64,000 nt of DNA from an uncultured candidate division Zixibacteria bacterium. Its GTDB lineage: Bacteria > Zixibacteria > MSB-5A5 > RBG-16-43-9. Each line of letters begins with the position of its first letter. Position 1 is the first letter of the stretch. Below the pieces are notes generated by a model, which saw only the letters and a list, made by a program, of their open reading frames with translations, ran no database searches and was not told the DNA's origin. Shown in pieces: positions 48,952 to 58,836 of the stretch. The DNA is taken from positions 1,888,001 through 1,952,000 of the forward strand of contig OY970208.1 of the NCBI GenBank assembly GCA_963713865.1, written 5' to 3'. Made by a program: the position numbers and the translations under genes.

Positions 48952-50676
48952 TTAAGACTCCAACTCCTTTAATATCTTAAGGAAACTATCCAAAACCTCA
49001 CCCTTTCTTATTAAAACCTGTGCCTTACTCCCTCTCACTTGCACCTCTACTTTATCTTCTTTAAGGCTTCTCTCTCCTATGGTTATCCTTAAAGGAATTC
49101 CAATCAGGTCAGCATCATTGAACTTAACCCCGGCTCGTTCATCTCGATCATCCAGAAGCACCTCGAAATTATTTTCCTGCATTTTATGATAGATTTCAGA
49201 TGCCACTTCTCTTTGTTTCTCATCCTGAATATTTACCGGAACAACCTCGACTAAAAAAGGTGCTATTGGTACAGGCCAGATTATCCCAAAATCATCGTGA
49301 AATTTTTCTACAGCTGCTTGTGCGGTCCTGGTTATCCCCACCCCATAGGAACCCATTATAAAAAATTTCTCTTTACCTTGTTCATCTATAAAGGTAGCAT
49401 TTAAAGCCTGGCTATACTTAGTGCCTAACATAAAGGTGTTACCTACCTCTATCCCTTTATCTATTTTCAACTTGCCTTTCTGACATTTAGGGCACAGCTC
49501 ACCTGCAGTAGCATTTCTAATATCTACAACTGCATCGACTTTAAAATCACGGTCAAGATTTACATTTACCAGATGTGAATCATCTGCATTTGCCCCGGTT
49601 ACAAAGTTAATCATCGACAGAAGTTCCTTATCCCCTATCAATTTAATGTTTTTTAAACCACCAGGACCAGCATATCCTACCTGCGCTCCCGTTATCTTTT
49701 GAACAGTTATTGAATCCGCCATCTCTAATTCGATAACTTTAAGATTGTTCTTAAGTTTGGTCTCATTAATCTGTCGATCTCCACGGATTAAAACAGCTAT
49801 TACCTCTCCATCTGCCTTATATAGAAGAGTCTTCACCAATTTTTTAGCAGGCACATTTAAAAATCCAGTAACCTCTTCCACGGTTTTCATATTTGGAGTA
49901 GCAACTTTTTGGATTGGCTTCTTAGTTTCCACGGTCTCGGGAATAACCGGCTCAATTGAAATGGCTTTCTCGATATTGGCGGCATAGTCGCAATCTTCAC
50001 AGGTAAATATTATATTCTCACCCCCATCCGTATCCACGATTACCATAAACTCATGGGCGGCTTTCCCTCCCATAGCTCCGGTATCAGACTCTACTAATTT
50101 TGTCTCTAAACCACATCTTTTAAAAATCTTAAAATAAGCATTAATCATCTTCTGATAGCTGAGCTTGAAATTTTCCTCGTCCGCATCAAATGAATAAGCA
50201 TCTTTCATAATGAACTCTCGCGATCTCATCAGTCCAAATCTGGGTCTTATCTCATCCCTGAATTTATTCTGGATCTGATAAAGATTTAATGGAAGCTGGC
50301 GATAAGACCTCAACTCCCCTTTTATCAAAAAGGTTACCACCTCTTCATGAGTACCACCCAGGACTAAATCCCTTAGATGCCGATCTTTCATCTTCATCAA
50401 CTCTTTTCCCACGGTCTCCCATCTTTTAGTCGCCTGCCAGAGTTCGGCTGGATGTAATACTGGCATCAATATCTCTTGAGCACCAGCTCGATTCATCTCT
50501 TCTCTAACTATCTGAGTAATTTTCAACAACACCCTTTGCATCAGAGGAAGATAATTATATACACCAGCCGCTAATTTACGGATATATCCAGCCCGAACTA
50601 AAAGCTTATGAGAGATAAGTTCCGACTCAGCCGGGTCCTCTCTTAAAGTGGGAATATATGTTTCAGACCATTTCAT
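48952..50676 (-). CDS. proS: Prolyl-tRNA synthetase (bacterial type, with INS editing domain)
   Basis: SHKLLVRAG, THEE, FRDEIRPRFGLMR.REF.MKD.YSF, YAANIEKA. Confidence 0.97.
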   Translation of the reverse strand: MKWSETYIPTLREDPAESELISHKLLVRAGYIRKLAAGVYNYLPLMQRVLLKITQIVREEMNRAGAQEILMPVLHPAELWQATKRWETVGKELMKMKDRHLRDLVLGGTHEEVVTFLIKGELRSYRQLPLNLYQIQNKFRDEIRPRFGLMRSREFIMKDAYSFDADEENFKLSYQKMINAYFKIFKRCGLETKLVESDTGAMGGKAAHEFMVIVDTDGGENIIFTCEDCDYAANIEKAISIEPVIPETVETKKPIQKVATPNMKTVEEVTGFLNVPAKKLVKTLLYKADGEVIAVLIRGDRQINETKLKNNLKVIELEMADSITVQKITGAQVGYAGPGGLKNIKLIGDKELLSMINFVTGANADDSHLVNVNLDRDFKVDAVVDIRNATAGELCPKCQKGKLKIDKGIEVGNTFMLGTKYSQALNATFIDEQGKEKFFIMGSYGVGITRTAQAAVEKFHDDFGIIWPVPIAPFLVEVVPVNIQDEKQREVASEIYHKMQENNFEVLLDDRDERAGVKFNDADLIGIPLRITIGERSLKEDKVEVQVRGSKAQVLIRKGEVLDSFLKILKELES

Positions 50677-50748
50677 AATTTTGCGTCTCGCTATTTGGTT
50701 TTATTTCTTTTCTAATCACTAATCCCTGATCACCAATCACTATTTTAA

Positions 50749-50821
50749 TACCCCTGACCCGACTTGAACGGGTGCTCGCGGCTCCGGAGGCCGCTGCTCT
50801 ATCCAACTGAGCTACAGGGGC
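50749..50821 (-). tRNA. tRNA-Arg(CCG)
   Basis: Reverse complement GCCCCTGTAGCTCAGTTGGATAGAGC..GCGGC-CTCCGGA-GCCGC..GTTCAAGTC. Confidence 0.95.
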
Positions 50822-50902
50822 AGTAAAAAAACAATCTAAAGTCTATCGGCAAAAGGCCATAGTTTTAAAAAGCTACAAGCTACTTGCTACAAGCTTTTAG
50901 CT

Positions 50903-51388
50903 CTATTTAAAATAGACAATCTCTCCCCAGATTTTACCTTCATCCGTATGGAGTATTCCATAGCTTTTCTGCCAGGATAAAAAATTTCCAGCACAACTCC
51001 CTGGATTAAAAAAAAGAGTATCTCCTTTTTTTTGGTTATACGGACTATGGGAATGGCCAAAGATAATCACCTCTAATTTTCCGTCAAACTCTTTATATAC
51101 CTTTTCGGCTAAATTAAAAGGAGAACCCGAACCATGAAGCAGTCCTATTTTAAATCCTGAGAGCTCAATTATTGTCTTTAACGGGAGAATTTCTTTTATC
51201 TCCGGGCAATCCATATTACCGCAAACCGCATAAAGAGAGGTTAATTTCTCTAACTCCCGGTAGGTTTTTATTGAGGTGAAATCTCCAGCATGAAAGATTA
51301 TATCCTCTTTCTTAATATTTTCTGCAAACTTCTGAGGAAGTTCTAAAGCTCTTTCCGGGATATGAGTGTCTGAGATAACATAGATCAT
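50903..51388 (-). CDS. YfcE/MJ0936-family metallophosphoesterase
   Basis: ISDTH, HAGD, GNMD, HG, FGHSH, NPGS. Confidence 0.93.
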   Translation of the reverse strand: MIYVISDTHIPERALELPQKFAENIKKEDIIFHAGDFTSIKTYRELEKLTSLYAVCGNMDCPEIKEILPLKTIIELSGFKIGLLHGSGSPFNLAEKVYKEFDGKLEVIIFGHSHSPYNQKKGDTLFFNPGSCAGNFLSWQKSYGILHTDEGKIWGEIVYFK

Positions 51389-51483
51389 TATCTGAGCTTT
51401 TTCTTATGCCGATCCCTTCTCAGCCTTTTTTTTCTCTTATGGGTTTTGATCTTATGTTTTTTCCTTTTCCTTCCGCAGGGCAT
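51388..51483 (-). CDS. 30S ribosomal protein bS22 (AURKAIP1/COX24 domain), 31 aa
   Basis: Manual translation MPCGRKRKKHKIKTHKRKKRLRRDRHKKKLR; AAGGAG RBS; TAATG overlap with next gene. Confidence 0.88.
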   Translation of the reverse strand: MPCGRKRKKHKIKTHKRKKRLRRDRHKKKLR

Positions 51484-51495
51484 CTTTTCTCCTTT

Positions 51496-51777
51496 CTAAT
51501 CCTGCTTAATTATCAGTTCCTTGAATTCGTTTGAGGGCTTGAAAACCGGAACTTTTCTATCCGGAACCGGAACTTCCTCGCCCGTGCGTGGATTACGAGC
51601 TTTTCTGGCTTTACGAGGTTTGATCTTGAAAGTCCCAAACCCGCGAATTTCTATATTGTTTCCTTCTTTCATCGCTAGCTTAATTGCATCTAAAAAGCCA
51701 TCCACTATCACTGCTACATCAGTGCGCGTTAATCCCGTTTTCTCCGCTATCTTCTCGACCAAATCAGCTTTGGTCAT
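51496..51777 (-). CDS. HU/IHF DNA-binding protein
   Basis: MTKADLV, IEIRGFGTF, ARNPRTGE, PVFKPS. Confidence 0.95.
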   Translation of the reverse strand: MTKADLVEKIAEKTGLTRTDVAVIVDGFLDAIKLAMKEGNNIEIRGFGTFKIKPRKARKARNPRTGEEVPVPDRKVPVFKPSNEFKELIIKQD

Positions 51778-51814
51778 CTTACACCTCCTTTAGTGATTTT
51801 GTATCTTGATTTTT

Positions 51815-52027
51815 CTAATTGCAATTATCACATTTTTTAGAGCTACAGCTGGTACAGGATGATCCTTTGGAGGAAACGAATCTATCACCAGAGGAAAAAC
51901 CAAAAACCGAAAAAATCCTTTCCCCTTTTCCACCACAGCCTGGACAATCTGTTTTCTCCTGGTTATTTAAAATCAGAACTTCAAACCTCTGTTTACATTT
52001 CCTGCAGATATATTCAAATATAGGCAT
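51815..52027 (-). CDS. FmdB-family zinc ribbon protein
   Basis: MPIFEYICRKC..RFE...CPGCG. Confidence 0.9.
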   Translation of the reverse strand: MPIFEYICRKCKQRFEVLILNNQEKTDCPGCGGKGERIFSVFGFSSGDRFVSSKGSSCTSCSSKKCDNCN

Positions 52028-52069
52028 AAATTTTTAATTTCTTAAACCTTCTGTATATACGAAAGATTT

Positions 52070-52963
52070 TCAATTGAAAATATATTGAAGTTTAGGCATA
52101 AGCTGTTCATTAGATTTTAAATTGGTAATGGCTTTAAAGCTCTGAGTCAGGATATCGAGAACAGTTACTTTCTTAGGTTTTTCTCTAATAGTTTTGGGGA
52201 CCCCTTCTATCCCACCCATCTTTCCAGCTATTTTTATGGCATCCTCCAGATCGCCTAACTCATCTATTAACCCTAAATCCTTAGCCTGCCTCCCGGTAAA
52301 GACCCTTCCGTCTGCCAATTCTAATACTTTCTCCTGATCCAGCCCTCTACCTTCTACCACTGCTTTTACGAACTGATCATAAGTATCATCGATAACCGAC
52401 TGAAGCAAATCTCTCTCCTCCTTGGTCATCGGACGATTCCAGGTTCCAACCTCTTTCAGCTCACCCCTTTTAACCACCTCAAATCTCAAACCAATTTTCT
52501 TAAATAGCTCTTGCACCACTGGAAACTCAAAGATCACTCCTATGCTTCCGGTAAGAGTACCAGGGTTGGCTACGATTGTATCTGCAGCGCAGGCAACATA
52601 ATAGCCACCGGAGGCACCCAATCCTCTGAGTGAAGCTACAACTTTTTTACCATCCTCTTTAAACTTTAATACCTCTTCATAGATCTCCTGTGAAGGTACT
52701 ACCCCTCCCCCGGGGCTATCAATATCCAGGACTAAAGCCGGGATAGAGCTATCCTTAGCATATTTTTTAAGCTGTCTGATTATCTCATTTGAATTATTTA
52801 TGGTGCCATATATCTCGACTATGGCAACCTTCTTTCCGAAACTATAAAAATAGGTTCCTTCTTCTGTGGAAATTCCTGACAGCCCTATTAAAATAACGAA
52901 AAGAAAAAACAGGAAACTCAGGACTATTATCACGCCAATAATCAGATCACTTTTTTTAACCAC
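52070..52963 (-). CDS. sppA: Signal peptide peptidase SppA (36K type)
   Basis: IDSPGG, ASGGYY, TGSIGVI, ADGRVFTG. Confidence 0.95.
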   Translation of the reverse strand: MVKKSDLIIGVIIVLSFLFFLFVILIGLSGISTEEGTYFYSFGKKVAIVEIYGTINNSNEIIRQLKKYAKDSSIPALVLDIDSPGGGVVPSQEIYEEVLKFKEDGKKVVASLRGLGASGGYYVACAADTIVANPGTLTGSIGVIFEFPVVQELFKKIGLRFEVVKRGELKEVGTWNRPMTKEERDLLQSVIDDTYDQFVKAVVEGRGLDQEKVLELADGRVFTGRQAKDLGLIDELGDLEDAIKIAGKMGGIEGVPKTIREKPKKVTVLDILTQSFKAITNLKSNEQLMPKLQYIFN

Positions 52964-52994
52964 TTAACCTCCTGAAAAAGAGCAATTGAAATCC

Positions 52995-54839
52995 TTATTT
53001 ACTTTTAAATATTTTAATCCTGTCGCCAATCCGAATGTATGATGGATCAGGCAGGCTATTCCATTCTAAAAGTTTTTGTAAAGGTACTCTGAAATAATTA
53101 GCGATGCTCCACAAGGTATCTCCTCTTTTGACTTTATGAGTTACTATTTTTTGCGCTTTTTTATCATCATTTCCAGATGGTACCTTTAAATTGTCTCCGG
53201 TTTTTATCAAATCCTGATCATTAATGCTGTTTAATTGCTTAAGATCGGAGGTAGTAGTCTTATAGTTTTTTGCGATCTCTTCTAAGGTATCTCCGGGTTT
53301 AACCTTATAGGTCGAGTATCTAGATGCTGAAATTTTATCAGGATTATCATCCGCTTCAGGATAACCTTTATTAGCTGAAGTTTTCTGACTGAGATTAGAT
53401 TCTCCATATCCAGGGATCTTCAAGATTTGTCCGGGATAGATTCTATATCTTCTTGATAGAGAGTTTGCCTGAATAATATTAAAGGGTGAAACGCCATATC
53501 TTTTTGCAATCCCTGAAACGGTCTCACCTTTTCTCACTTTATGCATAGTATAAAGGGTTTTTGATGGAAGCTCTGAATATCTCTGGGTAAAGCTCTCTTT
53601 TGTGTTTGCAGGTATTCGCAAAGGATATGCACGGTATTGAGGAGGAGTAACATCCCTCAGCAGTTCAGGGTTCAGCTCTCTTATCTCCTCCACTGAAACA
53701 CCCAGAGCCTCAGCTATAGTTTTAAGGTCAATCGGCTTATCTACTATTACCGTGTCAAACTCAATCGGTTTATCATATTCCACATCAAACCCGTATTTTT
53801 CCGGATCTTTGGCAATAACAGTCGCCGCAATATATAGAGGTACATAATCATAAGTTTGCTTTCTTAAGTTGAGCTCCCAGAAATTGTTAGTCTTATATTT
53901 TTTAATAGCCCGGCTAAGACTTCCCTCGCCACAATTATAAGCTGCCAGGGCTAAATGCCACGACTCAAAATCCCTGTAAAGCTTAGACAGGTAATCACAG
54001 GCTGCATAAGTCGCTTTTACAAAATCCATTTTTTCATCATACCACCAGTTGCTTTTAAGACCATATAATCTTCCAGTAGAGGGGATAAACTGCCACATTC
54101 CAACTGCATTTGCCCAGGAACGCGCCCTGGAATTGAAACCGCTTTCGATCAGAGGCAGATAGGCCAGATCCAGGGGCATATTTTTCTCTTTTAAGATATC
54201 TTTGAGCAGGTTAATATATTTCCCTGACCGGTAAAGATAGGTGATAAAATGTTCCCGGCCTATGGTTTGCAGATATAGAATCGAATTCTCCACCCGTTCA
54301 TTCCATTCGATTGGCATATCATAGGTAGAACTATCCGGGACCTCCATCGTCACTTTAACCGAATCCTTAATTGAATCCTTAAGTTTTTGAAAGTCCTGGA
54401 TATTGTCGAACTTTTCCAAAAAAGCAGAGATGGAGCCTTCGCTGTCTAAAGTTCCCAGGGAAAGGAGAGTGATTTTATAATCTGCAGCAATCTCACGCAA
54501 CAGCCGGTTGTACTTATCGATGTTTTTAGAATGAGTCTCCTCTTCTAAGTCTAAGTTAGCCAATAAATCTAATGCATTCTCAAAATTAGTTTGAGCCTGT
54601 TCCCATTTACCCTCCAGATTTGCTTCCACTCCTGAGGCATAATATCCTTCAGCCTCTTTAAGTTCTTCTGAGATAAGCTTTTCATAAACAGCAGATGAAT
54701 CAGCCTGGGAAATGATCTGAGGTTCGGCTTGCAAAGGATAGCTCTCAGGGATCTGTGGCCTTATTACCTCTCTTGAACAACCCGCTGTAAGAACGATAAT
54801 GAGTATAACTAAAACTATCTTCTCTTTAATTTTCATCAT
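52995..54839 (-). CDS. Lytic transglycosylase lipoprotein with 3 LysM domains (MltD-like)
   Basis: Lipobox TAGC, LIESG, AVGMWQFI..TG, LAAYNCG, LysM repeats. Confidence 0.93.
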   Translation of the reverse strand: MMKIKEKIVLVILIIVLTAGCSREVIRPQIPESYPLQAEPQIISQADSSAVYEKLISEELKEAEGYYASGVEANLEGKWEQAQTNFENALDLLANLDLEEETHSKNIDKYNRLLREIAADYKITLLSLGTLDSEGSISAFLEKFDNIQDFQKLKDSIKDSVKVTMEVPDSSTYDMPIEWNERVENSILYLQTIGREHFITYLYRSGKYINLLKDILKEKNMPLDLAYLPLIESGFNSRARSWANAVGMWQFIPSTGRLYGLKSNWWYDEKMDFVKATYAACDYLSKLYRDFESWHLALAAYNCGEGSLSRAIKKYKTNNFWELNLRKQTYDYVPLYIAATVIAKDPEKYGFDVEYDKPIEFDTVIVDKPIDLKTIAEALGVSVEEIRELNPELLRDVTPPQYRAYPLRIPANTKESFTQRYSELPSKTLYTMHKVRKGETVSGIAKRYGVSPFNIIQANSLSRRYRIYPGQILKIPGYGESNLSQKTSANKGYPEADDNPDKISASRYSTYKVKPGDTLEEIAKNYKTTTSDLKQLNSINDQDLIKTGDNLKVPSGNDDKKAQKIVTHKVKRGDTLWSIANYFRVPLQKLLEWNSLPDPSYIRIGDRIKIFKSK

Positions 54840-54895
54840 CTTTCCGTCTCCCTTTTTTCTAACTCGTTGATATATAAACTACTGCATAAATCTTG

Positions 54896-55840
54896 TCAAG
54901 AATTATTTTTTAGGTTTTTAGATTTTGACCCGTTAAAGGCTTTTAAAATCTCCTCTTTAAGATTTGATTTCCCCCCGTCAATCCAGATAATCCCCTCCTC
55001 TTTCTTGAACCAGGTAAGCTGTCTTTTGGCATAGTGTCGGGTATTCAGTTTTATTTTCCCCTTTGCTTCATCCAGCCCCATTTCTCCCTCTAAATATTGA
55101 AAGATTTCTTTATATCCAAAAGTTCTCAATGGAGCCAATGAAAGATCATACCCTTTTTTCTTCAGACTTTCCACTTCATCTATTAAACCCTCTTTGATCA
55201 TCTCCTCCACTCTTTGTTCAATTCTCTGGTAGAGCTTTTCCCGGTTTAAGTTAAGCCCTATTTTAACGAAAGTATACTCCTCGGGCGGATATTCTCCCTC
55301 TTTTTGTAGGTCTGAAATCCTTTTACCCGTAAGTTCATATACTTCTAAAGCTCTGATTATCCGCACAAGATTATGAGGACCTATCTTTTGTGCTGCCTCA
55401 GGATCTTTCTTATTTAACTCCAGATAAAGAGATTCGACTCCGTAATCTTCAGCTCTCTCTTTTAGCTTCTGTCTTATTATTTCATCTCTGCCAGGGCCTT
55501 TGAAAATCCCTTTAAATAAAGCTTTCAGATAAAGTCCAGAACCTCCAACTATTAAGGGTTCTTTTCCCTTAGAGACCACCTCCTTAATAGCTCCTCTGGC
55601 TTTAATAGAGTAATCTGACACAGTAAAATATTGGTCTGGATCAATTATATCTATCAGATGATGAGGAACCTTTTTCCTTTGTTCCAGAGTCGGCTTAGCA
55701 GTCCCGATGTCCATAAACCTGTAAACCTGACGCGAATCTGCGGAAATTATCTCTATATCTAATATATCGGCAATTTCAAGGGAGACTTTGGTTTTGCCCG
55801 AAGCAGTCGGCCCTAAAATTACCAAGATTTTTTTAAGCAT
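54896..55840 (-). CDS. miaA: tRNA dimethylallyltransferase
   Basis: GPTASGKT, SADSRQVY, DIGTAKP, YAKRQLTW; upstream ORF extension is REP-derived. Confidence 0.97.
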   Translation of the reverse strand: MLKKILVILGPTASGKTKVSLEIADILDIEIISADSRQVYRFMDIGTAKPTLEQRKKVPHHLIDIIDPDQYFTVSDYSIKARGAIKEVVSKGKEPLIVGGSGLYLKALFKGIFKGPGRDEIIRQKLKERAEDYGVESLYLELNKKDPEAAQKIGPHNLVRIIRALEVYELTGKRISDLQKEGEYPPEEYTFVKIGLNLNREKLYQRIEQRVEEMIKEGLIDEVESLKKKGYDLSLAPLRTFGYKEIFQYLEGEMGLDEAKGKIKLNTRHYAKRQLTWFKKEEGIIWIDGGKSNLKEEILKAFNGSKSKNLKNNS

Positions 55841-56008
55841 ACTTAACAAAAATGTAGGGGCAAACCTGTGTGTTTGCCCATTTGTTATAAGGGTTGACAC
55901 ATCCTAAACGGATCCGTATGATAGGTCAACCCCTATAATATTCTATGTCACTTCTGGGGGAAAAGTCCAACTCATACTCCGGCTTTTGAGAGTCTATCAA
56001 ATTAATCT

Positions 56009-57856
56009 TCACCCTCTCTCAAACCTCTTATTAAACTCCTCAATTGGAATTCGGATTAAAGTAGGTCTGCCATGCGGGCAGGAATAAGGCTCTTTAGTAG
56101 CGAACAGCTGGTCGAACAGCGAATTCATCTCCTCTAAAGAAAGCTTATCACCTGCCTTAATTGCCCCCTTGCAGGCAAAGGACTGGGAGATAGACTTGAT
56201 CTTTTCACCTCCGGCTTTGAGTCTCTCCTCTAAATCTGACAGAATCTCCTTTAGAAAAACCTCTCCACTTTGAATCTTAGAGAGTGGCGGGACTCCGCTG
56301 ATCAAAATGCTTTTTCCTCCGAAAGGTTTAGCCTCAAACCCCAATTTTTTAATCAAATCAGAGTTCTCCTCAAAAGTCATAAATTCAGAAGGTGAAAGCT
56401 CGGTCACAACCGGAAAAAGTAGATGCTGGGAGGTAGCACTTTCAGAGGTTAGGTTTCTTAAAGCTCCTTCATAGAGAATCCTCTCATGAGCCGCATGCTG
56501 ATCCATAACTATCAAATCGCCTTTAACCTGGGTCAGGATATACATATTGTGAAGCTGCCATAGATTAGCAATGGTCGAAGCAGGTTCCTCTCGTTTTTCC
56601 CCTTTTTTAGAAGGAGAAACTTTCATTCCTTTATAAACTTCAGCTAAGAATTCCTGCTGAATAGATTTGATTTTCTCTTTTTCACCAGGATATTCAGGCG
56701 ATCTTTCCCTTAGCAGAGACGCATTGCTATGCGTCTCTATATCTGAGGTTACAATGTTTTCTTTTATATCAGAATAAACCGGCATCACTAAATTTGTATT
56801 CAGTGTTTTATAAACTGCAGTAAAGAGTAATTCGTAAATCTGCTTCTCATCTGAAAAACGGACCTCTTTTTTGGTCGGGTGAACGTTAATATCCACTAAA
56901 TCAGGAGGCAGGTTCAGACATACCACTCCCCAGGGATATTTCCCCTTGGGCAAAAGGTCTTTATATCCGGAAACTATGGCATGATAAAGCGATTTGGAGA
57001 AAATGTTTCTCTGGTTAACGAAAATATAAAGCTCAGCCCGGTTCGATCTTGCCAGTTCAGGTTTACCCAGAAACCCTTTGATCTGCAAAAAATCGTAATC
57101 TGTATTTAATTCCAGGATTTCATTATAGATTTGCGAGCCGAAAATATCCCCGATCCGGTCTTTAAGCTCATCTACCTTTTTGAGATTTATTATTTCCCGG
57201 TTATCGACTTTAAGCTTAAAGGAGATTTGCGGAAAAGCCAAGGCAAAAGTAGTTACCCGCTCGATTATCTGTTTGGTCTCAGCACTCTGGCTTTTGAGAA
57301 ATTTCCTGCGTACCGGGGTATTATAAAAAAGCTCCCTGACAGTTATAGAGGTTCCTTCCGGAGCACCCACTTCTTTTATACTTTTTATATTTCCACCTTC
57401 GATTTTTACCTGTATCCCATTTGTAGGGGCATATTGCGGAGCTTCCTCTCCCTTGTAGGGAGAGGAATGAGGAGAGGGTAAACTTGTAGGGGCGGAGTGT
57501 ACGCCCCTGCTCTTTGTAATAACCTCTATCTGTGACACCAGAGCTATCGAAGGCAGTGCTTCCCCCCTGAAACCTAAAGTTAAAATCCGGTTTAGCTCAT
57601 CAAATGAGGAAAGCTTACTGGTAGCATGATGGACAAAAGCTAACTCTACGTCTTCCCTCTCCATCCCGATGCCATTGTCAACCACTCTGATAAACTTAAT
57701 TCCCCCTCCCCTGATCTCGACAGATATGTCCGTTGCCTCGGCATCAATCGAATTTTCCACTAATTCCTTGATCACCGAAACCGGTCGCTCAATAACCTCA
57801 CCCGCAGCGATTTTATTGACTAATTCCTGAGGAAGGATTTTTATTTTTATGGACAT
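56009..57856 (-). CDS. mutL: DNA mismatch repair endonuclease MutL with in-frame REP insertions
   Basis: IAAGEVIERP..KELVENSIDA, GFRGEAL, DQHAAHER, CPHGRP. Confidence 0.97.
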   Translation of the reverse strand: MSIKIKILPQELVNKIAAGEVIERPVSVIKELVENSIDAEATDISVEIRGGGIKFIRVVDNGIGMEREDVELAFVHHATSKLSSFDELNRILTLGFRGEALPSIALVSQIEVITKSRGVHSAPTSLPSPHSSPYKGEEAPQYAPTNGIQVKIEGGNIKSIKEVGAPEGTSITVRELFYNTPVRRKFLKSQSAETKQIIERVTTFALAFPQISFKLKVDNREIINLKKVDELKDRIGDIFGSQIYNEILELNTDYDFLQIKGFLGKPELARSNRAELYIFVNQRNIFSKSLYHAIVSGYKDLLPKGKYPWGVVCLNLPPDLVDINVHPTKKEVRFSDEKQIYELLFTAVYKTLNTNLVMPVYSDIKENIVTSDIETHSNASLLRERSPEYPGEKEKIKSIQQEFLAEVYKGMKVSPSKKGEKREEPASTIANLWQLHNMYILTQVKGDLIVMDQHAAHERILYEGALRNLTSESATSQHLLFPVVTELSPSEFMTFEENSDLIKKLGFEAKPFGGKSILISGVPPLSKIQSGEVFLKEILSDLEERLKAGGEKIKSISQSFACKGAIKAGDKLSLEEMNSLFDQLFATKEPYSCPHGRPTLIRIPIEEFNKRFERG

Positions 57857-57883
57857 AGGTATAATATTAGTAATATCTATTGT

Positions 57884-58471
57884 CTATTGTTTGTTACTGC
57901 GATACTCTTTTACTAATTTAACCATTATAACTGCGCTCTCACGCCCCCACTTGAATTTGCCGGCCGGGGTCATCAGTTTGGCAAGCTCTTCAGAGCGGTT
58001 CTGTTTAACCCAGGCTACAAAACCTTGCTCGAACTCTTTCCCGGCTCTTACCGATTCTGGTGACATTGTGGCACTGATTTTCTGAATCAATCCCTTCTTG
58101 AAGGTAAAGTCTCCAGATGTGTAGTTTATCTCATTGATACCAGCAGCTATCACATAGTCATTGCGCTCTGTAATCTTGCAGGTAACTGTATTACCCTTCT
58201 CTTTACACTCCGTTAATTCCAGCTCAGTATTAAACCCTGCATCGTTATCGTGTACGGTTCGAACCTGCTCTTTACCTACCGCAATATTCTTCCCGTTCAT
58301 CTCGAAGACAATGTCATCAGTTAACATAGCATCTATTGCCTCTAAGTCATGCCGGTTAGCCGCATCCACGTAAGTCTTGACTTTGTTTAAAAGATCATGC
58401 CGTTGGCATCCGACGAAAGTGGTAAGCAGGATTGCCATTATCATTCCGATTTTAAAAACTCTTTCCACCAT
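57884..58471 (-). CDS. SnoaL/NTF2-like lipoprotein
   Basis: Lipobox FVGC; YVDAANRHDLEAI.AML.DD.VF. Confidence 0.75.
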   Translation of the reverse strand: MVERVFKIGMIMAILLTTFVGCQRHDLLNKVKTYVDAANRHDLEAIDAMLTDDIVFEMNGKNIAVGKEQVRTVHDNDAGFNTELELTECKEKGNTVTCKITERNDYVIAAGINEINYTSGDFTFKKGLIQKISATMSPESVRAGKEFEQGFVAWVKQNRSEELAKLMTPAGKFKWGRESAVIMVKLVKEYRSNKQ

Positions 58472-58497
58472 CTATACCTCCTATTTTAGTAAGAAGT

Positions 58498-58729
58498 TTG
58501 GAGTGCGAACCTTCAGGAACCCACGTTGAAGCAAACCATACGGGTAAGCTGTTGGGTTAACGTTTTATGTAGCGGAAACCTTTAGGTTTCCAGTTGTTAA
58601 GTGGAAGGCTGAAGTCTCAAGACCTTGTCCGAATTTGGATCCATGGGAACGGCCTTCCGCTACGTTTAGTAACCCCGCCTTGCCCTCAAGGTGGGCACAA
58701 TGTAGAGACGCATGGCTATGCGTCTCTAC
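58498..58729. repeat. Cluster of nested REP-like elements
   Basis: GTAGCGGAAACC...CCTTCCGCTAC with internal insertion; GTAGAGACGCAT..GCGTCTCTAC. Confidence 0.75.
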
Positions 58730-58836
58730 AAATAATGATCACATTATTTTTCATATCCTAATCGCTAATTCCCTCTCGTTAGTGCGGGAATTGGATTCCC
58801 TGCATACTAAGACAAAAAATATTACCTTCTACTTCT

